Shown here piece after piece: positions 40,165 to 50,067 of a stretch of DNA of 53,586 nucleotides. Below the pieces are notes generated by a model. That model saw only the letters and a program-made list of their open reading frames with translations, was not told where the DNA came from and made no database searches. Made by a program: the position numbers and the translations under genes. The stretch's first letter is position 1. Every line of letters starts with the position of its first letter. The stretch covers positions 1-53,586 of the forward strand of contig JAHLWH010000033.1 of assembly GCA_019058015.1 (NCBI GenBank), given 5' to 3'. This DNA comes from Promethearchaeota archaeon (GTDB lineage Archaea; Asgardarchaeota; Lokiarchaeia; Sigyniarchaeales; SOKP01).

Positions 40165-40896
40165 TTATTTTTCAGAAACGTCTCGTGATTTGCCAAATAT
40201 TTCATTAATTTTCTTTTTATCATCTTCGCTCATACTTTCCATTGCTTCTTTATTTTGTTTGATTAATTCCATCATTACATCCTTTTGAATTATCTGATGC
40301 AATACGGGGATATTAATTCTTATCCTTGTAAGTTCAGTGAACATCAGTTTGGCAGTTTCTCTCATTTTTTCTAATTCTTCTTTAGTCATTCCCTCTTGAC
40401 CTACTCCGGGGCAATCCACATCGACAATAGAATAATTTTTTCCGTCAAATTCTAATGGATAAGTCCTACAACTGAGAGGTCTATTATCATAAATTAAGCA
40501 TTCTTTTTTCTCTATATTATACAAAGGGCATTTTTCATCCAGTAATTCTTCAATTGGAGTAGATGTAAACGGATCTAATGAAGTGGCTTTTTGATCTGCA
40601 TCATCTTTTGGGATTGGGATGGGTTTAAGTATAAGATCCAAATTTCCAGCGGGATTCTTATACAGTTCTAAATATGGCATAAAATTTATTAATACTCCAT
40701 TTCGAGCCCACATTTCTAAATCCCAAAATGTGAGAGGAACAGGACCTCTTGCAGCGCAACATTTATTACATCTTGTGCAATTAAATGTAAATTTCGCTTT
40801 CTTCTTTTCTTCCTTTTTCACTTCAGTTTCTTTACTTTCATTAGAATTTACTTCTTCATTTTCTTCTTTTTTTTCATTATTTGAACCTTCAGACAT
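40165..40896 (-). CDS. YkgJ-family cysteine cluster protein
   Basis: CTRCNKCC...CPLY...CLIYDNRPLSCRTYP...CPG. Confidence 0.9.
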   Translation of the reverse strand: MSEGSNNEKKEENEEVNSNESKETEVKKEEKKKAKFTFNCTRCNKCCAARGPVPLTFWDLEMWARNGVLINFMPYLELYKNPAGNLDLILKPIPIPKDDADQKATSLDPFTSTPIEELLDEKCPLYNIEKKECLIYDNRPLSCRTYPLEFDGKNYSIVDVDCPGVGQEGMTKEELEKMRETAKLMFTELTRIRINIPVLHQIIQKDVMMELIKQNKEAMESMSEDDKKKINEIFGKSRDVSEK

Positions 40897-41026
40897 TTTG
40901 AATAACTCCTCAATTATTATAAATTAGTTAAAATAACATCAAAAAAAAATTTTTACCTTTTGATTTATTTTTAAAAATAAATACTATGTTAATTTCTATA
41001 AATTAATATTTTTTGAGGTTTGTAAA

Positions 41027-42115
41027 ATGAATTTTGAAGAAGATTTTAAAATTATAAAAAATCTTACTGAAATCCAAGGATGTTCAGGAAATGAAGAGAA
41101 AATAAGAGAATACATAAAAAAAATAATTACACCCTATTGTTCGAAGGTAGAGATCGATTCTATTGGTAATTTATTTGGTTTCATGAATGGAGAAAAATTA
41201 GGAGAAACTAAAGCAAAATTAAATATCTTATTAGATGCACACGCGGATGAGATTGGATTTATGGTAAGGTTTATTGACAAAAAAGGTTTTATCAGATTTT
41301 CTCAAGTAGGTGGCCAAAATCCACGAATTCTACCTGGGCAAATAGTTACTGTTCATTCGAGTTCGGGACAAGATATTATTGGAATTATTGGAGAAAAACC
41401 GTTACATCTTCTTAAACAAGAAGAAAGAAAAAAAACAAGTAAAATAGAAGACCTATTTATTGATATCGGCACTAAAGATGAACAGGAATGTAAAGAATTG
41501 GTTTCTGTAGGGGATTACATTACATTCAAGCAAGAGTGTTCAAGATTGATAAAAAATCAGAGAATCTTTGCTAAATCATTCGACGACCGAGCAGGCTGCT
41601 TTGTCCTTATGAAATTAATTATGGAAATTTCTCAAATTTCCGATAAATTACCTCATAATTTAATATTTTTATTTTCAAGTCAGGAAGAAATAGGAACAAG
41701 AGGGGCAACTGTTGGATCATATAAGATTTCTCCTGATATAGGAATAGCGGTTGAGGTAAATCACGCAATTGATTTTCCCGGAATTGATAAGGAAAAATAT
41801 TTTGAATGTTCATTGGGATCTGGAACAGCAATAAGAGTAGGTCCAAATATGCATTCAAAATTAAGTAAAACGTTAATTGATCTGGCTAAAAAAGAAAATA
41901 TTCCTTTTACTTTAAGAGCAGAGCCAAGTATAACCCCTACAAATGCACGAGTAATTCAAATGACTAAATCTGGTGTTCCATGTGCGTTAGTTGGAGTCCC
42001 ACTAAGATATATGCATACAAATGTAGAAACGATTCAATATTCAGATATAATTCATACAGTGAATTTATTGAAATCTTTTCTATTAAGTGATCTAACGGGA
42101 GTATTAATCTTGTAA
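41027..42115 (+). CDS. M42 family metallo-aminopeptidase (TET-like)
   Basis: AHADEIG, FDDRAG, QEEIGTRGA, PLRYMH. Confidence 0.93.
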   Translation: MNFEEDFKIIKNLTEIQGCSGNEEKIREYIKKIITPYCSKVEIDSIGNLFGFMNGEKLGETKAKLNILLDAHADEIGFMVRFIDKKGFIRFSQVGGQNPRILPGQIVTVHSSSGQDIIGIIGEKPLHLLKQEERKKTSKIEDLFIDIGTKDEQECKELVSVGDYITFKQECSRLIKNQRIFAKSFDDRAGCFVLMKLIMEISQISDKLPHNLIFLFSSQEEIGTRGATVGSYKISPDIGIAVEVNHAIDFPGIDKEKYFECSLGSGTAIRVGPNMHSKLSKTLIDLAKKENIPFTLRAEPSITPTNARVIQMTKSGVPCALVGVPLRYMHTNVETIQYSDIIHTVNLLKSFLLSDLTGVLIL

Positions 42116-43615
42116 AATTCTTGAGATTTCTTGATTGGCCCTTTCATAGGTTTCCTTTGAAATAATTTGGTGTTCATATAAAGCATTAAATAACTCATTA
42201 TCAATAACCTCTTTTCTGCCGTCCTCAAATTCAACAACATCGACTTCTAAGTCTAAATAATGAATTTCCGTAGGACGAATTTCAATAGGTGTATTAATAT
42301 TATAATATGCACCCTTAAAGGAATCATTACGATCAAAATACTCATTCTTATAACTCCAATTTCCTCGAATAAAATGAACTAAAGCATAATCTCCTTTTTC
42401 AATAGGAATATCTAAACCATCATAATGCCCTCTCGATTTAAATTCCCTTTTTACCTTGAGTTCGAATGGAGTTTTCTCACTTTTTTCAATTATCTTCCCT
42501 GGCGATAAAGATTCAACCTTAAATAAAATTTTTTGATGATTTATTGGAATATAAGTGTGTTTTTGAAAATATTTCTCATGAATAAATTCAATAAATGAAG
42601 AATTTATTCTTTGTTCTTCTCCAGGAAATTTTTCCAATAGATATTCATTGAAATCAATAATCATTTCAAATTTTTGAGATTGAGGGTTAAAGCCTGATTT
42701 AAATGAATGATGATATTGAATAGTTTTACATGTTTTACGCCTAAGTTCATCCATTTTTTGTTTTATATTTCCAGAAAATAAGTAATGACATGAAAGTGTG
42801 TCTCGATATACAAGTCCAATATCTTGTTTTTGTTTCATTTTTAAATCTATTGATTTCTTTAATTCTAATATTTCATCAAATTCATCTCGAAGATCTTCCT
42901 CATTAGCCTGCATAGCAGCAGTCCGAAAAATGATATCAATTCCTGTTAGTTCAAATGATTTTCCTAAATTAAATAATTTTGATTTAAGATTTGATGATTG
43001 GATCTTTTTACTAAATAAGATTCTTGAATTACCGTTTATTAATAATACTATATAATTTCCACTTAATGAGTTAAAAGGCATTAAAATGGGAGGATTTCTT
43101 CCAGAATCTTCCTGAATTACTTGAAAAAAACCTTCGAAATTTTTATCGTAATAGGAATAAATAATTCCATAATCTGGTTTATAATTATTTGCTGAGAGAA
43201 GTTGATTATCTTTACCGTAATCATTTTCTGTTTTTAAATCTACAATTGAATAACCCCGATTTTTATACGTTCTTATGACTTTTCCTTTATAGATTGAATT
43301 ACGTGAATATTTCGAAACGAGAGTAACCAAATCCGGAAAATCTTTTTGATTTAAAGGTAATTGTGAGATCAATTCTAAAGGATTTTCAATGTGTTTTTTA
43401 AATAAAGAAATATAAACCATTATTCCTTGATTATCATCGCGATCTTGAATAGATACTTCCTTTATTTTATTTTCCTTGTCCGGTGCTAAATTAAATCTTC
43501 TCTGAATTAGTGGAGATGGATAGATTATATTGTATCCAGCCTTTAAAAAGAGGTCGGTTAAAGCAGTTGAATATATCCCACGTAAAAATATATTTTTCAT
43601 TTTAATATATCTCAA
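42104..43615 (-). CDS. FAU-1-like RNA-binding protein/ribonuclease (RNase E/G-like plus DUF402)
   Basis: LRGIYSTALT, IIFRTAA, GHYDGL, YYNINTPIE, YLDLEVDVV. Confidence 0.88.
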   Translation of the reverse strand: MRYIKMKNIFLRGIYSTALTDLFLKAGYNIIYPSPLIQRRFNLAPDKENKIKEVSIQDRDDNQGIMVYISLFKKHIENPLELISQLPLNQKDFPDLVTLVSKYSRNSIYKGKVIRTYKNRGYSIVDLKTENDYGKDNQLLSANNYKPDYGIIYSYYDKNFEGFFQVIQEDSGRNPPILMPFNSLSGNYIVLLINGNSRILFSKKIQSSNLKSKLFNLGKSFELTGIDIIFRTAAMQANEEDLRDEFDEILELKKSIDLKMKQKQDIGLVYRDTLSCHYLFSGNIKQKMDELRRKTCKTIQYHHSFKSGFNPQSQKFEMIIDFNEYLLEKFPGEEQRINSSFIEFIHEKYFQKHTYIPINHQKILFKVESLSPGKIIEKSEKTPFELKVKREFKSRGHYDGLDIPIEKGDYALVHFIRGNWSYKNEYFDRNDSFKGAYYNINTPIEIRPTEIHYLDLEVDVVEFEDGRKEVIDNELFNALYEHQIISKETYERANQEISRILQD

Positions 43616-43725
43616 AAAGAAAAAATACTATAATTTATTTACTAAATTGATTTAAAAAAATTTATAATTAAAAATAAATAAGTTCAAAAATTTTTAATTA
43701 GAAAAATAAATCTTAAAGATTATTT

Positions 43726-44388
43726 ATGAAGTCACCAGAAATTGAATTTGAAGGTAAAAATTACATTTTTTCTGTAAAATCTTTAATTATTTTTGCAGTA
43801 GGAATACCTATAATTTCATTACTTATATATTTCAGCCATGACTGGGTTTGGCTTCATGAAATTGTAATTAAACAAACAGTATGGGTTATGAACCTTTTGA
43901 CAGGGATGGGGGCTGAAGCCGTTTATAATCCCTATGGGCCTCCCTATTGGCATTTTGAGGTCCCCGGAAAGCCGAATATTGGCTTCGAGACATTTTGCAC
44001 GGGGATTCAAGCAATCGCTATATTTGCAGGAATTATTATCTCAATTCCACACTCAAAAGATCCAATCACAAGTAAAAATATATGGTGGAGAAAACTTAAA
44101 GCTCTAATTATCTCTTCTGTAATATTTTATATTGTAAATATTATCAGGATGGTTATACAACTCTATTTATATTATATTGGCTATGCTTGGGATGATATAC
44201 ACTACTCTATTTCTGCGGCAAGTTCATTTATTGCGGCAATTATTATTTTATTGCTTCATAAATGGATTCCCGAATTTATCATATCAATTATTTATGCGGG
44301 AATATTAATTAAAAGAAAAATTAAAGGTTCTAAAGAGGTTGAATTAAATACTACCACAAATGAACAAAATAAAATTGAAAAGAACTAA
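43726..44388 (+). CDS. Archaeosortase/exosortase-family membrane transpeptidase
   Basis: Cys-Arg-His triad in FCTGI, NIIRM and DIHY, in a multi-TM protein. Confidence 0.88.
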   Translation: MKSPEIEFEGKNYIFSVKSLIIFAVGIPIISLLIYFSHDWVWLHEIVIKQTVWVMNLLTGMGAEAVYNPYGPPYWHFEVPGKPNIGFETFCTGIQAIAIFAGIIISIPHSKDPITSKNIWWRKLKALIISSVIFYIVNIIRMVIQLYLYYIGYAWDDIHYSISAASSFIAAIIILLLHKWIPEFIISIIYAGILIKRKIKGSKEVELNTTTNEQNKIEKN

Positions 44389-44406
44389 TCACTGTGAATT
44401 GCACAT

Positions 44407-45315
44407 ATGATTGAATTTGAAAAGGAACAAAAAGTATTAACGGTTGGAAATATTAAAATTGGTGGTCAACCAGGAGAAAATCCGAATGTATGTATCGGTT
44501 CTGTTTTTTATGCGGGGCACTCCGCACTTCTTAATGAAAAAACTGGTAAAATCGACAAAAAGTTAGTAGAACAAGAGCTTAATGAATTTGTTGATGTTTG
44601 TGAAAAAAATTCAATTCCATTTATCATTGATATTGTTGGCTCTTATGAGGAACCATTATATAAAGAATGTATGTATATAGCAGATTTGGTGGATTGTCCA
44701 TTTTTAGTGGATGGATTAAATGATTCATCAAGAGTTCCAGTTATGGAGAAATTGGCTGAGAATGGACTGTTAGATCGGGCAATTTTAAACAGCATAGATG
44801 AAAGTACTAAGGATGAATCCCTTGAAAAATTAAAAGAAATTGGAGTAAAAAATGCAGTTATTTTAACATTTGGGATTCGTTATGTTTTTCCAAAGCAGAA
44901 ATTAAAATTTTTACGGGAAACTCTATTACCAAAAGCAAATAAAGCGGGAATAGAAAATTGTCTTATTGATACTGGAGTATTAGATTTACCCTCTATCTCC
45001 ATAAATGCAAATACTTCATTTATGATAAAAGATGAATTCGGATTGCCAACCGGATGCGCTCCAGCAAATGCTATTTATGCATGGAAATCAATTAAACAAT
45101 TCGGAAATGAAGCAAGGATAAGTGCAATTACATCCGCTTCGATATATTGTATAGTTTCAGGAAGTGATTTTGTTTTATTTGGACCAATTAAATTTGGAAA
45201 ATATATAGTTCCATCGATTGCCTTGATTGTATCAATGAATTCTTATTATAGAAAAAGAGTTTTACGAAAAGAGATAGCAGAAAATAATCCATTATATAAA
45301 ATCTTTAGAGATTAA
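44407..45315 (+). CDS. MtrH-family pterin-binding methyltransferase
   Basis: FEKEQKV...IKIGGQPGENP...GSVFYAGH, PFLVD, NSI, GLPTGCAPAN, DFVLFGPI. Confidence 0.9.
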   Translation: MIEFEKEQKVLTVGNIKIGGQPGENPNVCIGSVFYAGHSALLNEKTGKIDKKLVEQELNEFVDVCEKNSIPFIIDIVGSYEEPLYKECMYIADLVDCPFLVDGLNDSSRVPVMEKLAENGLLDRAILNSIDESTKDESLEKLKEIGVKNAVILTFGIRYVFPKQKLKFLRETLLPKANKAGIENCLIDTGVLDLPSISINANTSFMIKDEFGLPTGCAPANAIYAWKSIKQFGNEARISAITSASIYCIVSGSDFVLFGPIKFGKYIVPSIALIVSMNSYYRKRVLRKEIAENNPLYKIFRD

Positions 45316-45320
45316 GATAA

Positions 45321-46832
45321 TTAGGAAATATATCGAATAATTAAATCCTGAGTTTTTTCTAAAAGCAAAGGTAAGAACTCATCAATTTTTTCATTTTTTT
45401 CTTCATTATCCACGAAAAAAAGAAAGAACATTGGATTATTTTCAATTATTGTCTTTTTTATTATTATTATATCATCAGGACTTATTTTATAAATTGCTTC
45501 ATTTATATCCGTTTCTCTAAACCTTTCAAAAATTTTATATAAATTAGTTATTTGTGGTGCCAATATTTCAAAAACACTCTTAACAGAGGCCTTTAAAGGT
45601 TGTGATTCAGAGAAAATATATTTTATTTCGCCAAGTAATGAAGGACTATAAAAATCAGCAAGTACTATCCCTTGTTCATTCATTAACATTGAGATTTTTA
45701 TGCCAATATCTTCAGAGAATCTACTTAAATTAAAGTTTATTAATTTCCTATTAGGAGATAATAAGGATAATCCATGAGAATATGCTCTCAATATCGTATA
45801 TACTGAAAAAATACTTGTTAAGAAATATTCAATGTTTAATTGTTTTTCTTGATTTATCTCTTCAATTTTTTCGACAATTTGATAGACTACATCCTTTATT
45901 TCAGTTGTTTCTTTTATATCTGGATCAACTTTGGAAATTATGATTAACACAGGAATTTTTTGTTCATAAAATTTAATATTTTCCAGAATTTGGTTAAAAA
46001 AATGAAGACTTTCATTGATTCTCTTGGGATCTCTAACATCTAGGAAATAATAAATTAAATCCGCATCATATAAATAGATTGGAGCTCTATTAAGAAATTT
46101 ATCCCTTGATTTTTCTTGGCCAGATAAGTCCCACGTGAAAACATGACTGCCGAATGTTTCAAGATGTTTAATTTCTGCTCCTAATGTAGGTTTTAAACCT
46201 AATAATTTGGAATATTTTCGATCGATAGTTAACAAAAAGGATGTTTTTCCAGAATTATCTAGTCCAGCAAGAATGATTTTTAATTTTCTTGAAGAGGTTA
46301 GAGGTAAAGTAGGGTTTTCCTCAATTTCAAGCAAATTATTGGTTAATTTTAAAAAAGTAGGTTCTAATATCTTGTTATCTACATAACCACTATTAATTTT
46401 TTCGTCAATTTCGGCTACAGCTTCCAATATAAATGGTTTTAACCTCTCAATATTATTATAAATAAAACTTCTTTTATTTTCATCAATTAGTATTGATAAT
46501 GTTGAGGCAATTGGTCTCTCTAAAAAGCTGGTTTTTATAAAATGAAAAAATACTAAACTGGAAACCCGAAAATCAGGAAAGGGTATAATTCCGAAATAAT
46601 TATAATCGGAAATTTCATTATCAGTAAATAATAAAGAAAGACTTTTAATCGAAATTTGATAAATATCTCTTAAACTCTGCCTAAATACCCCACCTTCATT
46701 TTGGCTATTATCAAATTCATCTAAATTGGACAAGATTGATTCAGGAAATATATATTTAGGCTCGGGGCCACGGTCACCATAAATAGAAAATATAACTCCT
46801 TTTATACAACTTATTTCTGGTATCTCTCTCAT
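45321..46832 (-). CDS. Three-domain protein: longin/uDENN-like domain, Arf/Rag-like GTPase, roadblock-like C-terminal domain
   Basis: G1 GLDNSGKT, PTLG, DLSGQE, SKVD, LTSIF; N-terminal FSIYGDRGPEPKYIFP; C-terminal MLMNEQGIVLADFY. Confidence 0.8.
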   Translation of the reverse strand: MREIPEISCIKGVIFSIYGDRGPEPKYIFPESILSNLDEFDNSQNEGGVFRQSLRDIYQISIKSLSLLFTDNEISDYNYFGIIPFPDFRVSSLVFFHFIKTSFLERPIASTLSILIDENKRSFIYNNIERLKPFILEAVAEIDEKINSGYVDNKILEPTFLKLTNNLLEIEENPTLPLTSSRKLKIILAGLDNSGKTSFLLTIDRKYSKLLGLKPTLGAEIKHLETFGSHVFTWDLSGQEKSRDKFLNRAPIYLYDADLIYYFLDVRDPKRINESLHFFNQILENIKFYEQKIPVLIIISKVDPDIKETTEIKDVVYQIVEKIEEINQEKQLNIEYFLTSIFSVYTILRAYSHGLSLLSPNRKLINFNLSRFSEDIGIKISMLMNEQGIVLADFYSPSLLGEIKYIFSESQPLKASVKSVFEILAPQITNLYKIFERFRETDINEAIYKISPDDIIIIKKTIIENNPMFFLFFVDNEEKNEKIDEFLPLLLEKTQDLIIRYIS

Positions 46833-46917
46833 TAGTTAATATTATACAACCAATGGCTAAAAAAAATTTGTTTTCTAATAAGCATAAAAATATTGAATAA
46901 TTATATCAACCATAGGT

Positions 46918-47874
46918 ATGATTGAGAAATTAGCTGAAAATATAAGAAATAATGTTGAGATAATCCAAAAACAATCATTAAATCCGATTGTAGATTTTGT
47001 TAGGGCAAAATCATACAAAAATGAAAGGATTTACAGCGATTACGGTGAAGATAGTGCTTCTATTAAAGAAAATAAGAAATTATTGTTATTCACAACAGAT
47101 GGACTCCGTTCCGAATTTATTGAAAATTTTCCATATGGAGCGGGATTTAGTGCGATCATGGTAAGCGTTGACGATATTTATGCATGCGGAGGAACTCCTC
47201 TAGCAGCAAGTTTAGTGGTCAATTATAATAAAGAAAAAATTGGTAACGAAATATTTAGAGGAGCTTGCGAAGGTTCCCGAAAATTTAAAGTTCCAATTAT
47301 TAGGGGACATACAAATCAAAACTCAGCGATTTGTTCTCTAGCAATAAGTATGGTTGGAGAAATAAAAAAAGAAGATTATATTTCTGCCGGAAATGCTCAA
47401 ATTGATGATGACATAATATTAATTGTTGATTTTGATGGAAAACCTGGGAAAGCCAGCAAATATTATTGGGATACGGCTACGTTTAAAACTTCAGAACAAA
47501 TATTGTATTCAAGAAAAAGTATGAATGAAATCGCCGCTAAGCATTTATTAAATTCTTCTAAAGATATATCAAACGGCGGAATTTTTGGCACATTGTACCA
47601 ATTACTAACATATTCAGAAGTAGGAGCTGAGATCGATATAGATTTAATTATTCTTCCAGAGCTTCTGAAAGATTTAAATTATTCAATTTTTGATTATTCT
47701 AAAATGTATTTAACTACTTCTTTTATAACTACATGCAAGGAGATAAATACCGAAGAGGTAATTAATTTGTTTAAACGATATAATCTAAAAGCACATAAAA
47801 TTGGTAAAGTAATTAAAAAACCTATTGTAAAAATATATAATAATAAGGAAGAAACTATTTTATTTGATCTATAG
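46918..47874 (+). CDS. AIR synthase (PurM/ThiL/HypE)-superfamily protein, methanogenesis-marker-2/sll0787-like
   Basis: GEDSA, TTDG, VSVDDIYACGGTP, IRGHT, KDISNGG. Confidence 0.8.
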   Translation: MIEKLAENIRNNVEIIQKQSLNPIVDFVRAKSYKNERIYSDYGEDSASIKENKKLLLFTTDGLRSEFIENFPYGAGFSAIMVSVDDIYACGGTPLAASLVVNYNKEKIGNEIFRGACEGSRKFKVPIIRGHTNQNSAICSLAISMVGEIKKEDYISAGNAQIDDDIILIVDFDGKPGKASKYYWDTATFKTSEQILYSRKSMNEIAAKHLLNSSKDISNGGIFGTLYQLLTYSEVGAEIDIDLIILPELLKDLNYSIFDYSKMYLTTSFITTCKEINTEEVINLFKRYNLKAHKIGKVIKKPIVKIYNNKEETILFDL

Positions 47875-47876
47875 GT

Positions 47877-48653
47877 ATGAAATTATTTGTGAAAATTCGA
47901 ATGCAATTTAATATCTCAAAAAGAGATTTATCGAGATTTATTATTCTATTCTTCTCATTTAATTTAATAAATTTATTATTTCTCAATTTTAATAATGTTG
48001 ATTCATATGAAATCAATTTTGAAACTCAGAAAATACCGAAAATTTCTCAATCTGAAGCGAGTGAAAACGTAAGTGTGGAAATTAAAAGTTATAGTCAATT
48101 AATTTGGTTTAGTGGCAATATTGTAATAGAAACATCTAGTAATATATCAGGATATTTAAAAATTGATTTATCAGACGGTTTAGGAGGAGGTTATTTTCAG
48201 AATTTACAGCAAATAATTCCAATTTCCAATACTTCAGAAAATGAGGTTTCTGAAATTCCAATAATCCCTCAAATGTATCTGTTTCCCGGAGTGTACAATT
48301 TATCATTTATTATTAATTATATTCCATTAATAAATTCCACTGACGAAACTACTATATTATCTAGCCAATTGCAGATTAATGTTGGATTAGGGCTTCCAAT
48401 GCTGATAGTGCTGATTATTATATTTGGAATATCATTTATATTAATTCTTACCAAAAAAGAGACTATAAAAGAAGAGATTTTAACCTATGAGTCAGAAAAA
48501 CAAATTGAAATTGCTTTGGACGCACCTCAAGGTAAGATTAAATGTCCAGAATGCAAAAAGGTCATCGATGAAGGACTTATATTTTGTCCGGAATGCGGAA
48601 AACGGATTCCAGAATTCCTTAGATATCGTCCGGAGACCACTGGTCCTAGTTAG
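47877..48653 (+). CDS. Membrane protein with an extracellular beta domain and a cytoplasmic zinc ribbon
   Basis: N-terminal hydrophobic signal, second TM (GLPMLIVLIIIFGISFILIL), C-terminal CPEC-x10-CPEC. Confidence 0.75.
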   Translation: MKLFVKIRMQFNISKRDLSRFIILFFSFNLINLLFLNFNNVDSYEINFETQKIPKISQSEASENVSVEIKSYSQLIWFSGNIVIETSSNISGYLKIDLSDGLGGGYFQNLQQIIPISNTSENEVSEIPIIPQMYLFPGVYNLSFIINYIPLINSTDETTILSSQLQINVGLGLPMLIVLIIIFGISFILILTKKETIKEEILTYESEKQIEIALDAPQGKIKCPECKKVIDEGLIFCPECGKRIPEFLRYRPETTGPS

Positions 48654-48898
48654 TTATCTAGGCAAATTTGTTTATCGTTATTCGGATTTTTTCATATAAT
48701 TTTTAAATTTATTTAGCAATATATATAAATCTCCGAATAATTAAGGCTTTTTAAAATATCCGATGCACTTTCATTTCAATATAAGAAATTATCTATAATA
48801 CCGAAAAATAATATATATTTTAGTTAAATTAGATCTTTTCTTATTAATAATTGTATTTTTTTATAAGCATTTTTTAAAAAAGATTCAGGTGAAAATTT

Positions 48899-49390
48899 AT
48901 GGATGATATTGAAGATAATATTTGGAAATATTCACTTGTTGGCAGTATTATAATTCTTGCAACACCCTTAATCCCAGTATATTTATTGGTATATATTGTT
49001 TGGATTATTGATGGGATGTTGGGATCTTTAGTACAAATTAATCTGGGCATTATATCTCCTTATGCTGCTTATAATGAGAGAATTATCTTTACTATTATCA
49101 TCTTTTGTTGTATATTATCAATATTTTACCTCCGTGTTATATTACATTCAGAAGCTATTAAAGTAAAGAAGTGTATAAAGAAAATTGAACATATTGAGCA
49201 AAGATGGTCAAATATAGGAAATTTAATTATTATAATCTCGTTTATTTTGTTGATTTTAATAATAATGCATGGACCTTATTTGTATAATAGCTTAATATTT
49301 CAACTTTTGGGTAATTTTGGAGTAATACCAATATTTATTAGTGGAATATTAATAAATATTGGAGTATATAAATATCGGAACAAGAAGTAA
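48899..49390 (+). CDS. Hypothetical membrane protein (about 4 TM)
   Basis: 163-aa ORF with an AGGTGA RBS and hydrophobic segments. Confidence 0.6.
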   Translation: MDDIEDNIWKYSLVGSIIILATPLIPVYLLVYIVWIIDGMLGSLVQINLGIISPYAAYNERIIFTIIIFCCILSIFYLRVILHSEAIKVKKCIKKIEHIEQRWSNIGNLIIIISFILLILIIMHGPYLYNSLIFQLLGNFGVIPIFISGILINIGVYKYRNKK

Positions 49391-49523
49391 TAATGATAAT
49401 GCTTTACGTTCATGATAATATGAAATGCTTTTAAATAATTGATTTTATCAATATTCAACAATATGAATCTAAACAATTATTTTTAATTTAAAAATTTAAA
49501 AGAATTTATGATCTGAATTAAAA

Positions 49524-50039
49524 ATGGATTTTAATTACAAAGGAATTATCTCCGTAATAGGGTCAAGTGATATTGATTTTAAAATCGCAGAAAAGGCTCG
49601 AAAAATTGGAAAATTAATAGCTAAGAATAATTATATTTTAGCATGTGGTGGAATGGGAGGAGTAATGGAAGCTGCATGTAAGGGGTGTAAAGAAGAAAAT
49701 GGTTTAACTATCGGAATTTTGCCGACAGGAAATAAATATAATGCCAATCCATATGTTGATATTAAAATTCCAACAGCGCTTGGGCATGCAAGAAATACAA
49801 TAGTTGCTTTAACAGGTGATGGAATTATAGCTGTAGCTGGAAATGCTGGTACTTTAAGTGAGATCTGTTTTGCATGGGTATATAATAAACCAATTTGTGT
49901 ATTGACTAGTGTGAAGGGATGGTCATCTAAAATGGCAAATCAGAAATTAGATTATAGAAGAAAAGAAAAAATTCATGGAGCTAATACTCCAGAAGAGGCA
50001 GTAAAAAAGATTATTGAACTAATTGAAGCTCATGAATGA
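49524..50039 (+). CDS. LOG-family nucleotide-binding protein (TIGR00725-like)
   Basis: CGGMGGVMEAACKG, IGILP, GHARN, GNAGTLSE. Confidence 0.9.
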   Translation: MDFNYKGIISVIGSSDIDFKIAEKARKIGKLIAKNNYILACGGMGGVMEAACKGCKEENGLTIGILPTGNKYNANPYVDIKIPTALGHARNTIVALTGDGIIAVAGNAGTLSEICFAWVYNKPICVLTSVKGWSSKMANQKLDYRRKEKIHGANTPEEAVKKIIELIEAHE

Positions 50040-50067
50040 AATATTCCAAAAATAAATTTGTAAAGTC

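Noticed and set aside
44407-47874. Methanogenesis inferred from the MtrH-like and marker-2-like genes
   Set aside because: Both families occur in non-methanogens; no mtrA-G or mcr genes in the window.
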